From: Acidimicrobiia bacterium | Lineage (GTDB): Bacteria > Actinomycetota > Acidimicrobiia > Acidimicrobiales > Bin134 | Assembly: GCA_022827405.1 (NCBI GenBank) | Contig: JAJDTA010000212.1 | Span: 23,910-47,909 of the forward strand | DNA: 24,000 nt | Reading direction: 5' to 3' | In this document: piece after piece, positions 22,339-24,000 of the stretch | Layout of the letters: every line of letters starts with the position of its first letter | Position numbering within the stretch: the first letter of the stretch is position 1 | Made by a program: the position numbers and the translations under genes | The notes under the pieces: generated by a model | The model's input: only the letters and a program-made list of their open reading frames with translations | Told to the model about the DNA's origin: nothing | Database searches by the model: none

Positions 22339-22806
22339 ATGTCAGACCGCTCCTTCCTCGTCGTGTGCCAGACGGCCCGGTCCTCCGCCGTGGCGGTCCC
22401 TTTGGGCGTGCTGTTCCCTTGGGTGCGGGTCAGCGGGGAGACGTCCTACACATCCGACAGCGGGCTGGTGGTAGGCGTGTCGTCCACCACCGTGGAGGGA
22501 TACGAGACCGCCGACGGCATATGGATTTTCATACTGGGGTTCGCTGCCATCGTGGCCGTCGCCGTCTACAAGAACTCCGAGCGGCTGTGGACCCTCGTTT
22601 TGGCAGCCATGTTGTCGCTGGCCATCCTCGCGACAGCGATCACGGATATGGCATCGCTGCAGCGGCTGGCGAGCGACTGGCCCGAACCGCGGGAGGCAAG
22701 TGTCCACTTTGGTCTGTACATCGTGCTGATCGCCAGCCTCTTCCTGGCCGCGTCAATCGCATTGCTGGTCTGGGAGTACGCGAAACAGGACAAGGCCGAC
22801 CGATAG
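22339..22806 (+). CDS. Hypothetical small integral membrane protein (3-4 TM)
   Basis: 155-aa ORF. Hydrophobic spans are AVAVPLGVLFPWV, IWIFILGFAAIVAVAVY, LWTLVLAAMLSLAILATAI and FGLYIVLIASLFLAASIALLVW, with charged flanks. There is no clear SD and no recognisable family. Confidence 0.55.
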   Translation: MSDRSFLVVCQTARSSAVAVPLGVLFPWVRVSGETSYTSDSGLVVGVSSTTVEGYETADGIWIFILGFAAIVAVAVYKNSERLWTLVLAAMLSLAILATAITDMASLQRLASDWPEPREASVHFGLYIVLIASLFLAASIALLVWEYAKQDKADR

Positions 22807-22953
22807 CAGGGCCCTTCCGCAGCCAGCCATCTCGAGACCAAGCCCCACCCTCGCCAGCCGCCACCCGCTTCGACCACGACTGAGCACCTCCCATAGCTGT
22901 CTCAATCTCGTCCGACGAGCAGCCTAAGGGGTCGAGCGGGCAGACTACGGGCC

Positions 22954-23886
22954 ATGGGTGATCGACCAGTGGCGTTTGTGACCGGGGCTAGCCGGGGGAT
23001 TGGGAAGGCTTGTTCGGTGCATTTGGCCCGGGCGGGCTTTGATGTGGCGGTGTCGGCCCGCACGGTGATCGACGGCGAGCAGCGGGAGCACTCGTCCACG
23101 GTGAAGCGGTCGGACACCTCGCCGCTGCCCGGCAGCTTGTCGGCTACCGCCGCGCTGGTGGCCGAGGCTGGGGGCGATGCGCTGATCGTGGCGGCCGACT
23201 TGCTCGACTATGACTCTTTGGAAGCGGCGGCCGCCACGGTGTTGGCGCAGTGGGGGCGGGTGGACGTGGTGGTAAACAACGGGCGATATATCGGGCCCGG
23301 CCACATGGACCGCCTGCTGGACACCCCCATCGAGCTGCTGGACAACCATCTGAAGGCAAATTGCCTGGCGCCGCTGGTGCTCACCAAGGCGCTGTTGCCC
23401 CAGATGATCGAACGGGGCAGCGGCACCATCGTCAACATTTCTTCGGCCTCGGGCTACGCCGATCCCACCGAGGCCGCCGGCGACGGGGGCTGGGGCATGG
23501 GCTACGGCATCAGCAAAGGGGCCTTTCACCGGGTGGCCGGTTTCTTGGCCGTGGAACACGGCAGCCAGGGCATCAACGCCTTCAACGTGCAACCGGGCTA
23601 CATCTCCACCGAGCGCATCGCCCAGGACATGTCCCAATTCGGCTTCGAGGACACCGGCCAGCCCCCCGACGTGATCGGCGCGGTGGTGGCCTGGCTGGCC
23701 ACCGACCCCGAGGCCGCAGAGCTGAACGGCACCAACGTGGAGGCCCAGTTCTTCTGCCACGAGCGGGGACTGCTGCCCGGTTGGCCCGGCCCGGAGCCCA
23801 ACACCGCGGCCATCCGCTACGACTTGAGCGGCGCCATCTTGGCCGAGAAGGAAGCGCTGCTTCTGGCCCAGAGCACCCAAGAGTGA
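22954..23886 (+). CDS. Short-chain dehydrogenase/reductase (SDR) family oxidoreductase
   Basis: 310 aa. The Rossmann motif is VAFVTGASRGIGKA, followed by an NNG motif (VVVNNGRY) and the catalytic Y-x3-K (YGISKGAF). Confidence 0.9.
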   Translation: MGDRPVAFVTGASRGIGKACSVHLARAGFDVAVSARTVIDGEQREHSSTVKRSDTSPLPGSLSATAALVAEAGGDALIVAADLLDYDSLEAAAATVLAQWGRVDVVVNNGRYIGPGHMDRLLDTPIELLDNHLKANCLAPLVLTKALLPQMIERGSGTIVNISSASGYADPTEAAGDGGWGMGYGISKGAFHRVAGFLAVEHGSQGINAFNVQPGYISTERIAQDMSQFGFEDTGQPPDVIGAVVAWLATDPEAAELNGTNVEAQFFCHERGLLPGWPGPEPNTAAIRYDLSGAILAEKEALLLAQSTQE

Positions 23887-24000
23887 CCGACCAGGGAGCG
23901 GCCGGCGGCGTAGCGGCCGACCGGCTTGAGTTGTGCGCGGTCATGCCGGTGTACAACGAAGAGGAAATCGTCGGGTCGGTGGCGGAAAGCTGGCTCGGAG
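23883..24000 (+). CDS. Glycosyltransferase family 2 protein (5' fragment, runs off window)
   Basis: GTG at 23883 overlaps the SDR stop (GTGA). The frame is open to the window end and reads ...LELCAVMPVYNEEEIVGSVAESWLG. The hydrophobic strand plus PVYNEE is the usual GT2 N-terminal signature. An alternative start is ATG at 23943. Confidence 0.6.
   Translation, partial: MTDQGAAGGVAADRLELCAVMPVYNEEEIVGSVAESWLG

Noticed and set aside
22350-22388. Possible fourth copy of the SnoaL-tail repeat (shares tccgcc core) at the position predicted from the PIN remnant
   Set aside because: A hand alignment gives only about 19 matches in 35 positions, which is not distinguishable from chance in GC-rich DNA. 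It also lies inside a plausible membrane-protein ORF.

Overview
High-GC chromosomal segment. Gene content suggests an actinobacterium, possibly Acidimicrobiia-like, but that is inference only. About 19 kb is core or housekeeping DNA. It holds a 5'-truncated dxs, a UvrD/Rep-type helicase followed by a separate HRDC ORF, a D-aminoacylase-family amidohydrolase and an NfuA-like Fe-S protein. It also holds a DrrAB-like ABC-2 exporter, a crotonase, a DinB/MDMPI-family protein and ferrochelatase. The remaining core genes are an AIM24/TIGR00266 protein, an acyl-CoA synthetase, a SnoaL-like protein, an SDR and the start of a GT2 glycosyltransferase. A three-gene envelope operon encodes an Rpf-like secreted protein, a large GT-C-like membrane protein and a TIGR03663/Agl23-like membrane protein. 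The stand-out region is about 18.99-22.3 kb. The last ~34-48 bp of the SnoaL-like gene has the shape of a recombinase core site: imperfect inverted arms around a conserved AYATCCG centre. It recurs twice more as a direct repeat and splits the DNA into self-contained modules. Module 1 is an RHH-PIN (VapBC) pair. Module 2 is a divergent pair made of a 51-aa ORF and an AAA/DUF4143 ATPase with a PD-(D/E)xK-like C-terminus, arranged around an AT-rich iteron-like control region. Module 3 is a FitAB-like RHH-PIN pair, followed by a 52-bp remnant (49/52 identical) of the module-1 PIN gene. No integrase, transposase, CRISPR array, rRNA or tRNA is visible. Other oddities are a single in-frame TAG separating the helicase from its HRDC domain, a perfect 35-bp direct repeat at the hemH/AIM24 convergent junction, and an in-frame 18-bp tandem duplication at the hemH 5' end. 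All functional calls rest on motif recognition by eye. No database search was run.
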